Positions 1-9,652 of a stretch of DNA of 41,780 nt are shown here, piece after piece. The stretch is from IMG/VR virus record IMGVR_UViG_3300020045_007641, positions 1 to 41,780 of that record. One strand, given 5' to 3'. Position numbers and translations under genes: made by a program. This DNA is from a virus. Lineage: Duplodnaviria > Caudoviricetes. The notes under the pieces are model-generated. The model was not told the origin of the DNA and ran no database searches. It saw nothing but the letters and a program-made list of their open reading frames with translations. How positions within the stretch are numbered: position 1 is the stretch's first letter; each line of letters begins with the position of its first letter.

Positions 1-121
1 CTCTAAAATTAGCAAAAGGCACGCGACCAGTATAAAACTGTACTTCGTTTAATATCTCACTAACTAAGTTCCAAGGTCTGTTATCTGCTCTTTCAAATCT
101 TAAAAAATAAAATCTATTAGA
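1..121. repeat. Terminal direct repeat, copy 1 (identical to 41660-41780); indicates circular assembly
   Basis: Exact 121-bp match to the window end; a CDS reads in frame across the junction. Confidence 0.97.
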
Positions 122-1687
122 AAGAGGTTTGTAATTTATTTCGGCTTCTCCTGTATCCGTGCTTTCTTTTATTTCTTTATCCCAAATTCTATATTTTTGA
201 GTAGTAAAACCAGAGCCAACATTTAAAGATTCAAAAAAATAATCTTCTAACTCCGGAGCATATAATTTAGATTCAACTAAAGTTTTTTCATCTTGTATGT
301 TTTCGTTGTTAACATATAGATAACCATTGCCGTATAAATCCCCCTCTTTATTATGCTGTAATTTAAAAACATTCTTTTGGGCGTAATCACTATTAATATA
401 AGATTCGCTTTTCCTATCTATATATTTATCAGTCCAATCTATAGCTATATCTTTATTTATCCGGCTCTCTAAAGAATTAAAATGTATATTTTTAGTAAGC
501 ATATTAATAACAGGGGTATATCCTGTTCTCCATATGATTTCTTTTATAAAATCCCTTATTTTAAAATCTTTAAAGGCATCGTTTGCAGATATATCTCCTA
601 AATTTTCTCTGTATATCTTCAGAATTGTACTATTATGCCTTATCTGGTATACATTATTATCATTATTCGTCATAACTAAGTATTCTATTAAATCTCCTGA
701 ATTTGCTGTAAATTGAACAGAAGAAGTAACAGCTTCTAAGGGATTACTCGCTACAGTAGCAATTAAATTACCATTCTTATATAGGTTCAAATAGCAGGGT
801 ATATTACTAAATATATATCTTCCATAGGCTTCAGTTGTAAACTCAATAAAGTAGTTGCCGTATTGATTTATTCTTATGTAATTACCCTCCATAATAGCAT
901 ATTCACTTTGTAAAGATACTGTACTCCAGTTTGACTGAGAGGGTATATATTTTCTTAAATATTTAACGCCAAACATAGAAGAATTATAATTACCTTTTGT
1001 CAACTCTCCTATTTGTTCACTGCCTACAGAAACACTTGGAGGTAAAGGGTATGTAATATATAATTGATTTAAAAAATTATAGCTATCAAAAGTATATGTG
1101 TATCCGTATGTTTCAAATATTATATCTAACAATCTTCTAACATAAAAACATGGTACTAAATAATCTACATTAATACCGGTAAAGCTCCCAGAGCCGTTAG
1201 TTATAAGACCTTTGTTTTTTCCGTTGTAATCTGCCACAATATATTTTAGATTAACCTCTGTAGGGCTAAAAGATTGAATAACTGTAGAAACGTTTTTCTC
1301 TTGGTTAAATTCAGATAAATCTAAATCTACGCCTAAAGTTTTATTGTCTATGGCTTTAAAAAAATCTATCATACCATCTATAATATTTACGTTGTATGTA
1401 TCTGTAGTATCTCTTATAGTAAGCCAACCTGCTGTAATAACATCGAACCCGTAATTTTTCATAGTTACAGGTGTTTTTTTATACGGCAAATCTGAGCTAT
1501 CCCCCACTATACCTAACTGCTTAAATATTTGGGTATTTTTAGGCGTTTTTGGTATAGAGAAAGAATTTGTGTAAGAAGCAGAAACATTTGATAAATCAAA
1601 AATATCTGATATTTGAATAGTATATTTTATATCTGTTCCGGCTCTGTTTAAGTCTAAAGATTGTCCGTTAATTTCTAATTCGACCAT
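1..1687 (-). CDS. Tail/baseplate-hub-like structural protein, 5' part; continues across the origin to 41433 (about 637 aa)
   Basis: Missing from the ORF track. ATG at 1687 gives MVELEINGQSLDLNRAGTDIKYTIQISDIFDLSNVSASYTNSFSIPKTPKN; in frame with ORF 41433..41681 (1687-22=555 codons); lies immediately upstream of the tape measure gene. Confidence 0.8.
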   Translation of the reverse strand, partial: MVELEINGQSLDLNRAGTDIKYTIQISDIFDLSNVSASYTNSFSIPKTPKNTQIFKQLGIVGDSSDLPYKKTPVTMKNYGFDVITAGWLTIRDTTDTYNVNIIDGMIDFFKAIDNKTLGVDLDLSEFNQEKNVSTVIQSFSPTEVNLKYIVADYNGKNKGLITNGSGSFTGINVDYLVPCFYVRRLLDIIFETYGYTYTFDSYNFLNQLYITYPLPPSVSVGSEQIGELTKGNYNSSMFGVKYLRKYIPSQSNWSTVSLQSEYAIMEGNYIRINQYGNYFIEFTTEAYGRYIFSNIPCYLNLYKNGNLIATVASNPLEAVTSSVQFTANSGDLIEYLVMTNNDNNVYQIRHNSTILKIYRENLGDISANDAFKDFKIRDFIKEIIWRTGYTPVINMLTKNIHFNSLESRINKDIAIDWTDKYIDRKSESYINSDYAQKNVFKLQHNKEGDLYGNGYLYVNNENIQDEKTLVESKLYAPELEDYFFESLNVGSGFTTQKYRIWDKEIKESTDTGEAEINYKPLSNRFYFLRFERADNRPWNLVSEILNEVQFYTGRVPFANFR

Positions 1688-2949
1688 AATACTGAGGGGT
1701 TAAATCTATAGTTAAAATCAAAGTTTATTTTTAAGTTATAAGCTCTTTTACTTGGCTCTTGTGTTATATTGTTATTAGCACATGTAACGCGTGTATATCC
1801 TTCTTCAGGCGTATAAATATAAACTTCAGGGCTTATTATTAAGTCCTCAATTAAAGGTAGATAGTTAGAAGGTATTTTACTTGATGCATATATTTTACTA
1901 TCTGATATATTACCTAAATCGCCTATATCTGTATAATCTAAATTAGATACCGGATTAACTCCTGTAGGTCTATTATTATATTCTATAAAAGAACCTAAAT
2001 TTTTACCCGACGTGTTTTTACCATATCCGTCAAATAACCAAAAAGAATAACCTCCTAATTGATTTAAGAATTTAATATATATTGGATTACAATTTGTTAT
2101 CCTTCTATTATCTAATCTCTCAACCGGAACATTTGATATGCTTGTTATATATTTTATAACACCGTCACTATTAAGATAAGATATTCCAAAAGGATAAGCC
2201 CCCCAATACGGAATAAGCTCCACAGGATACAAAAAAGAACCGCTTACAGCACTTATATTAGTTCTGTTAGTCTTTATACCCCCTCTTATGAATCTACGTC
2301 TTAAAACCCTTTCTACACCTCCTGATGAATGCTTAATATCTATCTTAATCAAATCGCTACCTACTTGGTCAGAAGATAAAGACGGGCTTAAAGAATGTAT
2401 AGGCGTTCTAAAAAGGCCTTTTATAATAGGGGATAAATTTATAGTAGCTAATCCGTCTAAACCTTGATGCGCTGTTATGTTTGATGTAGTAATATTGCCG
2501 TTACTTAGGTTTGTAAATGAAAGTATAAAATAACCTATATCCCCTGTAGAGTTAAGGGTTACTAACATATCATTATTTATATACATTAAATTATTTAATC
2601 CAGATACATATATGTTTTGGCTTGGGTTAAAGTAAAAGAAAGAAACTAAATAATTACCTGTAGCTGAACCATCGTTAAAAAGGCGAGGGTCACTATTATT
2701 TATAGCTAATGTAACTGTATTTGAATTAAAAGAAGAAGCTCCTATAAACCCCCCAGAATCAGCCCTAAAAGCTGTAAGAAAATTAGAAGCGGCTTCTTCT
2801 ATTGTTGACCCTATAGTTATCTGATAACCTACAGTGCGCAAAGCTACCCATGTATAAGTAAGTACATTTGTTCCTAATGTTAAACTAATCGTATCCCCTA
2901 TTGAAGGAATAGATTGTATTTCTATTTGCATTGCTAAAGTGCCTGCCAT
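1675..2949 (-). CDS. Putative tail structural protein (distal-tail-like)
   Basis: 424 aa in the tail operon; C-terminal YIKFLNQLGGYSFWLF...LIISPEVY pattern typical of Bacteroidota phage tail proteins. Confidence 0.6.
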   Translation of the reverse strand: MAGTLAMQIEIQSIPSIGDTISLTLGTNVLTYTWVALRTVGYQITIGSTIEEAASNFLTAFRADSGGFIGASSFNSNTVTLAINNSDPRLFNDGSATGNYLVSFFYFNPSQNIYVSGLNNLMYINNDMLVTLNSTGDIGYFILSFTNLSNGNITTSNITAHQGLDGLATINLSPIIKGLFRTPIHSLSPSLSSDQVGSDLIKIDIKHSSGGVERVLRRRFIRGGIKTNRTNISAVSGSFLYPVELIPYWGAYPFGISYLNSDGVIKYITSISNVPVERLDNRRITNCNPIYIKFLNQLGGYSFWLFDGYGKNTSGKNLGSFIEYNNRPTGVNPVSNLDYTDIGDLGNISDSKIYASSKIPSNYLPLIEDLIISPEVYIYTPEEGYTRVTCANNNITQEPSKRAYNLKINFDFNYRFNPSVLWSN

Positions 2950-2950
2950 A

Positions 2951-3418
2951 TTATTGCGTTATAAGTGTTTTTTTAAACCTTTTTTCTATTTCTACTTTTA
3001 ATTTACCGTTTATCCCCGCTCTTAATGAAGTGTAAATATATTGTTGTACCTCTGTAGACTCTAATACGGTTAATAACTCTGTTCCTTGTGGGTAATAATC
3101 TGTACCCTCATTTTCTATTTTTTGCATTATAGCAAAAGTAGCCCCTGTTTGCTGCGCTCCGGTTAAACCTAACTTTACTCCTACCCATTGAAATATTGCG
3201 TTAAAAGGAGGCTTAGTACCTCCTGCCCTGCCGTTTTGTAACCAGTAAGAATAAAATTGCCCTTTTATATATCCTGTTCCGTTTACGGCTTCTGCTTGCA
3301 GTGAATCAATCCATTTTCCGGAGGCGTTCATTCCTAATTCATTAAATTTAGGTATAAGGAATTTATCTATAACTTCCTGCATAACTCTTTTTAACTCTGC
3401 ATCATCAATTTGTATCAT
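2951..3418 (-). CDS. Neck/tail-completion protein (HK97 gp10-like)
   Basis: 155 aa; ASG..IDSL and GRAGGTKPPFNAIFQWV motifs; position in the structural operon. Confidence 0.55.
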   Translation of the reverse strand: MIQIDDAELKRVMQEVIDKFLIPKFNELGMNASGKWIDSLQAEAVNGTGYIKGQFYSYWLQNGRAGGTKPPFNAIFQWVGVKLGLTGAQQTGATFAIMQKIENEGTDYYPQGTELLTVLESTEVQQYIYTSLRAGINGKLKVEIEKRFKKTLITQ

Positions 3419-3915
3419 TATGAAGTTAATCTAAAAGTATATGTATTTTTCCATCCTGAATAATTTTTATCCATCCAATTTTCAACCATAACAGAAGATT
3501 TAGAAGTAATAGTAACCTGTTTGCTTAAAATTCTGCAAAAATCTAAGATGCTATCACACGATAAGCAGTCAGAGATAGGTTTATAAATTGTAACCCATTT
3601 ACTTAAATCTGTTGTATATCCCTTTATTTCTTTATAATTATTTTGCCCTAAACTTGAAGGAATTAAAGCATAAATATTAAAACTCCATTCGCAAAATTTA
3701 CCCGTGTTTAATCCGGTGGTGTTATTGTAATTATTAGTTTCTTTAAAAGATATATTAGTTAGAAAAATATGCACACAGCACTTTGTTTCTGCTTCAGACT
3801 GAGCTATATTAATAGCTGAATCGAATAAAGGAGCATCAAAAGACCAACACAACCCGCATTTTTGTTCATCCTGCCATATTTGTATTTGCTGTTCCCAAAA
3901 ATTAACTATATCCAT
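3418..3915 (-). CDS. Putative structural protein (tail terminator-like)
   Basis: 165 aa, TAATG-coupled to both neighbours; function inferred from position only. Confidence 0.45.
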   Translation of the reverse strand: MDIVNFWEQQIQIWQDEQKCGLCWSFDAPLFDSAINIAQSEAETKCCVHIFLTNISFKETNNYNNTTGLNTGKFCEWSFNIYALIPSSLGQNNYKEIKGYTTDLSKWVTIYKPISDCLSCDSILDFCRILSKQVTITSKSSVMVENWMDKNYSGWKNTYTFRLTS

Positions 3916-4064
3916 TATTTATGATATTTAGATTTAGGGAAATATGTTTTTTCATTTACATATTTTTCCTGTTTAAAACTATGTTCAAAAACTTCTGGTA
4001 ATCCGATTATATTTACTCCTATCCAAAAGTAAACGCTCGGTATATATGATACTATTTTTTTCAT
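3915..4064 (-). CDS. Small hypothetical protein (49 aa, MKKIVSYIPSVYFWIGVNIIGLPEVF...)
   Basis: Below track cutoff; fills the gap exactly, with a TAATG overlap into the next gene. Confidence 0.6.
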   Translation of the reverse strand: MKKIVSYIPSVYFWIGVNIIGLPEVFEHSFKQEKYVNEKTYFPKSKYHK

Positions 4065-4065
4065 T

Positions 4066-4611
4066 TTAATGTGTTTTTTTAGGTTTATTTTGTTCCTTTA
4101 AAGATTTTTGTATAGCTCCCTCAGTAAGGCTTTTTAATTGTTTGTCAAAGATAACGTGATAAGGCAGTTTCCTTATAGCTTCATGTTTTAAAATATCGCC
4201 TCCGGCTAAAGAATCTATAATATTCATTTCTCCAAATTTATTCAATTTATCTATACCTGCTAATTGCATTTTAGAATCTGGGAAAGAGGTTAAATAATCT
4301 TTTTCCATTTGGTTAACAGCCTTTAATTCGTCGCTAATCCAACATGTAAAATATAATATTTCTTTTGCGGAACATTTATTTATTTCGTATTCAAAAACAT
4401 TTATACCTTTATCTTTTAAAGCCAAAAAAGCTAACCTATCAAATCTTAGAGAGGTTAGCAAATCTGGTAAAATATTTTTAACAAAGGTATAAGATAAGTA
4501 AATTAAACCTTCAAACTCGTATCCGGCTATAACATTACTCCTTTTACCGTTTTGAATTATCACGTTAAAATCTTCTTGTGTTAATCCGCTTAATGCTTTA
4601 TTAAAATTCAT
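4066..4611 (-). CDS. Hypothetical phage protein (possible tail assembly chaperone)
   Basis: 181 aa ORF; own TAnnTTTG box just upstream. Confidence 0.55.
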   Translation of the reverse strand: MNFNKALSGLTQEDFNVIIQNGKRSNVIAGYEFEGLIYLSYTFVKNILPDLLTSLRFDRLAFLALKDKGINVFEYEINKCSAKEILYFTCWISDELKAVNQMEKDYLTSFPDSKMQLAGIDKLNKFGEMNIIDSLAGGDILKHEAIRKLPYHVIFDKQLKSLTEGAIQKSLKEQNKPKKTH

Positions 4612-4615
4612 AATG

Positions 4616-4623
4616 CAAATGTA
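4616..4623 (-). promoter_or_regulatory. Bacteroidota -7 promoter box (TACATTTG), separated by only 4 nt from the ATG at 4611
   Basis: Matches TAnnTTTG; no clear -33 TTG. Confidence 0.5.
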
Positions 4624-4636
4624 ATAAATTTATTTT

Positions 4637-5167
4637 TTACTTTTTAGGTAATTTAAAAGTTTTTCCGTTAAGGGCTTTCTGTAAAAATGCATAATCAGTT
4701 TTAACCTCAAAACTTGGGCATTCTTTAATTCTTTCATAAGAATCTATTATACCGTTTTTATTTTGGTCTGGGCTAAAATCTCTATGCCCTACTATAATTA
4801 TTTCTTTACAATCATTACCGTTATTCCTTAACCAATCAGTAACCATCACTAAAGCATTATCTAAGGCTATTTTCTGAGCTTCTGTGCGCGTATCTTTGCC
4901 TTTATATATAGTATTGCCTTTTTTGTCTTTTGAAGCCTCTACGCCTCCTATATAGCAAATATTTATTATTTCGCTATTGTATCCTGCAACGCCATTACTA
5001 TCTTTGTCAAATGGAACGATAAAGTTTATTTTACCTTCTAAATCTACTACAATATGATAGCCATCTGTTTTCCATCCTAAAGAACGCCAATACTTTTTCA
5101 TAGAATCTATATTACCAAATCCGGCTGAACAATGGTAAGCTATGTATTTAATCTTTTTTGCTCTCAT
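4637..5167 (-). CDS. Endolysin, N-acetylmuramoyl-L-alanine amidase (Amidase_2, T7 lysozyme-like)
   Basis: HCSA, GYH, ICYIGG, GHRDFSPD and KECPSF zinc-amidase motifs. Confidence 0.92.
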   Translation of the reverse strand: MRAKKIKYIAYHCSAGFGNIDSMKKYWRSLGWKTDGYHIVVDLEGKINFIVPFDKDSNGVAGYNSEIINICYIGGVEASKDKKGNTIYKGKDTRTEAQKIALDNALVMVTDWLRNNGNDCKEIIIVGHRDFSPDQNKNGIIDSYERIKECPSFEVKTDYAFLQKALNGKTFKLPKK

Positions 5168-5729
5168 TTTTATTTTTTATTATTTTATATATAGTATAAA
5201 TAGTTTCTATTATATTTCTTATTTTTGCTATTAAATCATATCCCATTCTTTTGAAGTTTTCAAAAAATATAGAATACACCTCTATAATACTACAGCTAAT
5301 CGTTACAATAGTAGGTAATGTAAATTTACGCATTGCTGAGTGTAAACTAAATTCCTGAATAGTAAAAAGAAAACCTACTACCCATGCTAATGCAATTGCT
5401 AAGCTATAACTTATAAACTTAACTATACAAAGCCGTAGTTTCTGTGTTGTTATTAAATACTCTCCATTTGCAGGAGTTAAACCTTTTGCCTTCTTATATT
5501 CTACATAAGAAGCCCAAACACCTGTAACAAAATCTATAGTAAATAAAATTCCTAATACTATAAGCGACCATTGAAATAAGCTAAAGTAAGGTAAATTATA
5601 AGCAGCTATAACAGGAGCAGCTATAGCGGGTATCGCTACCTTTATTCCTAACATAGGTTTTGCCGATATTATTTTTAACGGTAAAAGTATCTTTTTTAAA
5701 TATAGAATAAATATGCCTAAATCATTCAT
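5148..5729 (-). CDS. Holin (phage holin family 4-like)
   Basis: Multiple TM segments; DFVTGV...K...Y...IEVYSIFFEN pattern; overlaps the endolysin start. Confidence 0.75.
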   Translation of the reverse strand: MNDLGIFILYLKKILLPLKIISAKPMLGIKVAIPAIAAPVIAAYNLPYFSLFQWSLIVLGILFTIDFVTGVWASYVEYKKAKGLTPANGEYLITTQKLRLCIVKFISYSLAIALAWVVGFLFTIQEFSLHSAMRKFTLPTIVTISCSIIEVYSIFFENFKRMGYDLIAKIRNIIETIYTIYKIIKNKNESKKD

Positions 5730-5750
5730 GTTTATGTTTTTAAGTTAAAG

Positions 5751-5780
5751 CAAATATAGTAATAGTCATTTAATATACAA
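5751..5780 (-). promoter_or_regulatory. Bacteroidota sigma70 promoter for holin-endolysin
   Basis: TTGTATA (-33), 19 nt after TTG, then TATATTTG (-7). Confidence 0.7.
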
Positions 5781-5793
5781 TACTTAATGTAAT

Positions 5794-5831
5794 AAAAAAG
5801 CCGGATAAAACTAAAATAGTTATCCGGCTTT
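5794..5831 (-). terminator. Intrinsic terminator
   Basis: AAAGCCGGATAA/TTATCCGGCTTT stem followed by a T-run on the minus strand. Confidence 0.75.
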
Positions 5832-5834
5832 ACT

Positions 5835-6080
5835 TTATGCGTTAAGCTTGTTTTTAAGTTCTGAAATTTCTTTGTCCTTTTCGGCTTCTTTTTTAGCTTG
5901 TCCTGTTATGTTACCCCAATAATAACCAATAGCTAAATTTGCCATGCTTACCAAAGCCATAAGACCCTGACTATCCCCGTTTTTATGCTCTAAAAACCTA
6001 TCTAAATATATAAACAGGATACAGGAATTAACAACGATTAACGCTAAAATAGCTCTAATATTATCTGTTATTGCTTTCAT
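5835..6080 (-). CDS. Small two-TM membrane protein (holin/antiholin-like)
   Basis: 81 aa, two hydrophobic segments and a charged C-terminal tail; next to the lysis genes. Confidence 0.55.
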   Translation of the reverse strand: MKAITDNIRAILALIVVNSCILFIYLDRFLEHKNGDSQGLMALVSMANLAIGYYWGNITGQAKKEAEKDKEISELKNKLNA

Positions 6081-6083
6081 TTA

Positions 6084-6629
6084 TTATTTTTCATTTATTA
6101 AAACATCTACTGTAACTCCTGATGCATTTACCCATGTAGGCAACAATCCTACAACGTCTAACCTATTTCGTACTAACACTGTAAATCCTGTATTGCTAAT
6201 AGATATTATACGTACATTTTGACTATCTATTCCGTTTATAATGTTAGCCTGTATATTTGGTGTGTTATTGTAAGGAGTAGAAAAAACAACTGTATATGTA
6301 CCTTCTAAATTAGAAGGCGTTTTTAAAGTTATTCCTGAGTATGTTTCTTTACGTTTTGCTATGCCGTTTTCATTTACTAACTGCTGTTTAATTAGATAGT
6401 CAGTTTGTTGCTGAGCCGTTCCAGAATTATACCAAACTTTTGTTGTAGGGTTAAATTTAGCACAACACCAATTTTGAGTGCATTCTACAGTTGTATAGCA
6501 ACCGTCTGAAGGCTTATCTAATTGTCTAAAACCTCTGTCTTGTGTATTACAATCATACGTTGTATAATATACCGTTTGAGCCTGTAAAACTGTTCCAAAT
6601 AAAAGAAGCAGGTAAAATAGTTTTTTCAT
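6084..6629 (-). CDS. Fibre-tip/H-lectin-like protein with N-terminal signal peptide
   Basis: MKKLFYLLLLFGTVLQA|Q signal; C-terminal YTVVFSTPYNNTPNIQAN...ISNTGFTV pattern of tail-fibre tip domains. Confidence 0.55.
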   Translation of the reverse strand: MKKLFYLLLLFGTVLQAQTVYYTTYDCNTQDRGFRQLDKPSDGCYTTVECTQNWCCAKFNPTTKVWYNSGTAQQQTDYLIKQQLVNENGIAKRKETYSGITLKTPSNLEGTYTVVFSTPYNNTPNIQANIINGIDSQNVRIISISNTGFTVLVRNRLDVVGLLPTWVNASGVTVDVLINEK

Positions 6630-6637
6630 TTTTATGT

Positions 6638-7786
6638 TTAGTTAGATTTTTTAATTGAAATATCTGTAGCGGCAACCCTTGCATTTTCTGTTATAGAATT
6701 GTTAAGCTCTATAGCGAATATTATATATAGAATAACACTCGGATTAATGTTTAATACTTCAGGGTCTAAAGCAGTCGTATTAAGCACACCGCCCGATTGC
6801 GTTGTAGAGAATAACGTCAAAGTAGCTGCTGTAGGGCTTGACATGTTTACATAAGCATTACGCTCATAATTTGTAACTTTAGTAGTGCTATTGGTTGCTA
6901 AAGACGTTGTGCTAAATAAAGTAGCTCCTGTTAAAGTATTTGAGGTATTTATATAAACCCTCCAATTTAATGCGCCTCCTACGGCTGTTCTTTCAAATTG
7001 AGCTTTTACATTTACTACTCCTGTTTGTATTGTTCCTGCCGGAATAGCATAACTTTTAACGATTGTATTTGTAGTAGTATTGTTTACAGGTAAGCTTGGT
7101 ACTGCATCTGTCTTAGTATAAAGTATATTTAAGTTCAAAGCTCCTATAGCATTAGAAAGAGCCTGCATATTGGCTATATTTAAAGATATATCCCCTAAAG
7201 CCTGAGTATTAACTTTATTTGAAGTAGTTAGCCTAAAAGAATCTGTACTTAAATTGTAAATTAGCATATACCATACGTTACTATCTATTATACCTCCTGT
7301 TAAAGACTGCCCTCCAACTGTTATATTTTTAGCTCCTAAACCGTTTATGTTAAGCGTTGAAGCTCCTGTATTAGCACTCGTAAACTTTACAAAAAATTTA
7401 GCTCCGTCTAAATAAGAAACAGGAGCAGGATTAAGAGTTACGGTATATGTGTTTGTACCACTTGCTACTCCTTTTATAGGGTTGTTATCTTGACTAACCT
7501 TAGTGTTTACTAATTCTTCAGTTGCTAAATACTGCCATGTAGAAGTATTATAAAACTCTATTTTATCTGTTGTAGAGTTGTATTGTATACTACCTTTTTT
7601 AGGTATGTTTGGATACAAAACAGAATGACCCCTCACGGGTAATCTTACAATACTATCAAATAAAGCCCCCGCTTTAAAATTAGTACCAAGTAAAGGTGTA
7701 CCCTGTGTAGGGAATGTGCCATTTGATTGAGCATAACTAAATATAGTTAGCATCATTGTAAATAAAACTAAAATTGATTTTTTCAT
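6638..7786 (-). CDS. Tail-fibre-like protein with N-terminal signal peptide
   Basis: MKKSILVLFTMMLTIFSYA|Q signal; GTNTYTVTLNPAPVSYLDG...ANTGASTLNINGLGAKNI segment typical of phage fibres. Confidence 0.65.
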   Translation of the reverse strand: MKKSILVLFTMMLTIFSYAQSNGTFPTQGTPLLGTNFKAGALFDSIVRLPVRGHSVLYPNIPKKGSIQYNSTTDKIEFYNTSTWQYLATEELVNTKVSQDNNPIKGVASGTNTYTVTLNPAPVSYLDGAKFFVKFTSANTGASTLNINGLGAKNITVGGQSLTGGIIDSNVWYMLIYNLSTDSFRLTTSNKVNTQALGDISLNIANMQALSNAIGALNLNILYTKTDAVPSLPVNNTTTNTIVKSYAIPAGTIQTGVVNVKAQFERTAVGGALNWRVYINTSNTLTGATLFSTTSLATNSTTKVTNYERNAYVNMSSPTAATLTLFSTTQSGGVLNTTALDPEVLNINPSVILYIIFAIELNNSITENARVAATDISIKKSN

Positions 7787-7794
7787 TTTAATAT

Positions 7795-8397
7795 TTAAAG
7801 TTTAGTGTAAAAAATTACGTTTTTAATAAGAGAACCATAGTTTAAAAAACCGGATATAGTTCCTGTAGAGCTATTAAACGAATAGTCTGTTAAAGAAGTT
7901 AAATCTGACCATATCATATTATTTGCAGCTATTGCATCTATTATAGCCCCTATAAGGATATTATTCTGTATAACACCGGAATTACTCATAGTTAAGGATA
8001 TGTGACCAGAATTAGAACCTCCTGAAGTATTAGATAGGTTAACCCAATTTAAGCCCGTATAAATAAACAATGCAATAGGAGTGTTTGCTTCTGTTAATTG
8101 GCTATACATATCCCCTATTGAATAATCTAAAGGAGGTATATTATTAGGGTCGTTAATTCCTGAGTAGACAGAAACTCCACTACTATCTGAAATTGAATTT
8201 AAAACCTCGTTTATAGCATTAACTAAATTAGTTTTATCATCTGTTTGTAGATTATCTAAGTTACCTGCTTTTTCTGCAAAATAGCTTAGCATTTCCTCTA
8301 AAATAGGTCTTAATACATTTGCTGTAATCTCATTGTTACCATTAGTAATAATATCGCTTTGAATCCGCGTTAAAATTATTTGATATTCTTCATCCAT
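7795..8397 (-). CDS. Putative fibre-associated structural protein
   Basis: NGNNEITANVLR and LQTDDKTNLVNAINEV motifs common in phage fibre/baseplate proteins. Confidence 0.55.
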   Translation of the reverse strand: MDEEYQIILTRIQSDIITNGNNEITANVLRPILEEMLSYFAEKAGNLDNLQTDDKTNLVNAINEVLNSISDSSGVSVYSGINDPNNIPPLDYSIGDMYSQLTEANTPIALFIYTGLNWVNLSNTSGGSNSGHISLTMSNSGVIQNNILIGAIIDAIAANNMIWSDLTSLTDYSFNSSTGTISGFLNYGSLIKNVIFYTKL

Positions 8398-8400
8398 TGG

Positions 8401-9012
8401 TTAAGGTTGGTTATTAAAATCATCGTTAAAATCATCGTTAAAATCTCCTTTAGGTTCAAAATCAACATCACTAAAATTATTATCAAAATCTAAAGGGCTA
8501 CCCCCATAAACAAAAGGCGGTTCATCTTCTAAAGAATCACTTAAAGATTTTAATCCTATTATAGAACCCCCCCCGCCACCTTGTGGATTGTAACCATAAT
8601 CAGAAGTACTTAAGCCGTATTCAAAACCAAATATTTCAACAGTGCCGTCATAGTATTGTAAAGCGGCAAAATAATCTGCTAAATCTAATTGTTTAAGAAG
8701 GCACTTAGTAGCCTCTGACACGCCTGTTATTACAATATTTACATTATGTGAGTACTGAGGCTGATTATCTGTAGTTTGTTTGTTAAACGAGCCGAAAATG
8801 CTTTCTGAGTTTTCATTTATAGAAAACCTATATCCTGTCTTACCTTCTTTTAAATCGAAAAAAACTCTATGCCTGCATCCTTCAGAAGTAGAAGTTAAAA
8901 TTTGTTTATTGTTTATATCTTCTCTATTTACTATTACCGCCTGTTGGTAATACTTTTTTGCTATAGGGCTACAATCTATTTGCAGCCCATTCTTTATTTT
9001 TTCGCATATCAT
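8401..9012 (-). CDS. Tail-tube-like protein, paralogue of 11445..12044
   Basis: Shares YYQQAVI.N and QxYDxTxEIxGFxxGLxTxDYxYNxQxGGGG motifs; DFNDDFNDDFN tail. Confidence 0.6.
   Translation of the reverse strand: MICEKIKNGLQIDCSPIAKKYYQQAVIVNREDINNKQILTSTSEGCRHRVFFDLKEGKTGYRFSINENSESIFGSFNKQTTDNQPQYSHNVNIVITGVSEATKCLLKQLDLADYFAALQYYDGTVEIFGFEYGLSTSDYGYNPQGGGGGSIIGLKSLSDSLEDEPPFVYGGSPLDFDNNFSDVDFEPKGDFNDDFNDDFNNQP
8414..8445. repeat. 12-bp tandem repeat (TTAAAATCATCG x2.7) encoding DFND repeats
   Basis: Read directly from the sequence. Confidence 0.9.
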
Positions 9013-9013
9013 A

Positions 9014-9652
9014 TTATTTAGATATTATTTTACTTCTAAACCCGTAACCCTTATTAGAGGTCTTAGGAGTAGGATTACAATTTTTATGCCCACATGAACA
9101 AACCCTACTACAGCCGGATATATATAAAACTTCTGATATACTACAAATATAGTCTTTAAGTTTTAAAAATAAACTGTAACCCATATTTCTGTATTTGTCA
9201 GAGAAAACCTCTAACTCTTTTCCTGATTTAGGAATAGAAAAAGAATTACTTTTTGTTACGCTACCGTTTGGGGTATCGTTAAAAGAATTTATTATTGTGT
9301 ACCTTGCATAGGTATAATAAGTAAGTATTGTTAAAACTCCTTTTACCGATAAGGTCTTATTACCGCACTGGCTTAAGTAAGAGCCTCCGTATACTAATTT
9401 ATATTTTTTATCATAGTCTACAGGCATAGCGGGAGGTTCTAAACAATCAGGATTTAAGTTACATGATGCTAATTCAGATTCATAAGTTAATACTTCATCT
9501 ATAATATCCTTAACTTCTTCCCAATTACCACAAAATAAACTTTCTAAATCAAAAGTTATAGCCTCGTTTTCTGCCGCGCAAAGCTTTGACTGGTCGCAAT
9601 GTATAGCTATAACAGCTACGCATTCAAAATCTTCGTTTTTAAGTAGCTGCAT
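9014..9652 (-). CDS. Putative head-tail adaptor (DUF6712-like)
   Basis: Follows the portal; GVLTILTYYTYARY...TPNGSVTK motif. Confidence 0.55.
   Translation of the reverse strand: MQLLKNEDFECVAVIAIHCDQSKLCAAENEAITFDLESLFCGNWEEVKDIIDEVLTYESELASCNLNPDCLEPPAMPVDYDKKYKLVYGGSYLSQCGNKTLSVKGVLTILTYYTYARYTIINSFNDTPNGSVTKSNSFSIPKSGKELEVFSDKYRNMGYSLFLKLKDYICSISEVLYISGCSRVCSCGHKNCNPTPKTSNKGYGFRSKIISK

Noticed and set aside
1-121. 121-bp terminal repeat as a biological direct terminal repeat
   Set aside because: It falls mid-gene and is best explained as the assembler's circular overlap
534-716. Plus-strand 60-aa ORF
   Set aside because: Antisense shadow of the origin-spanning tail gene
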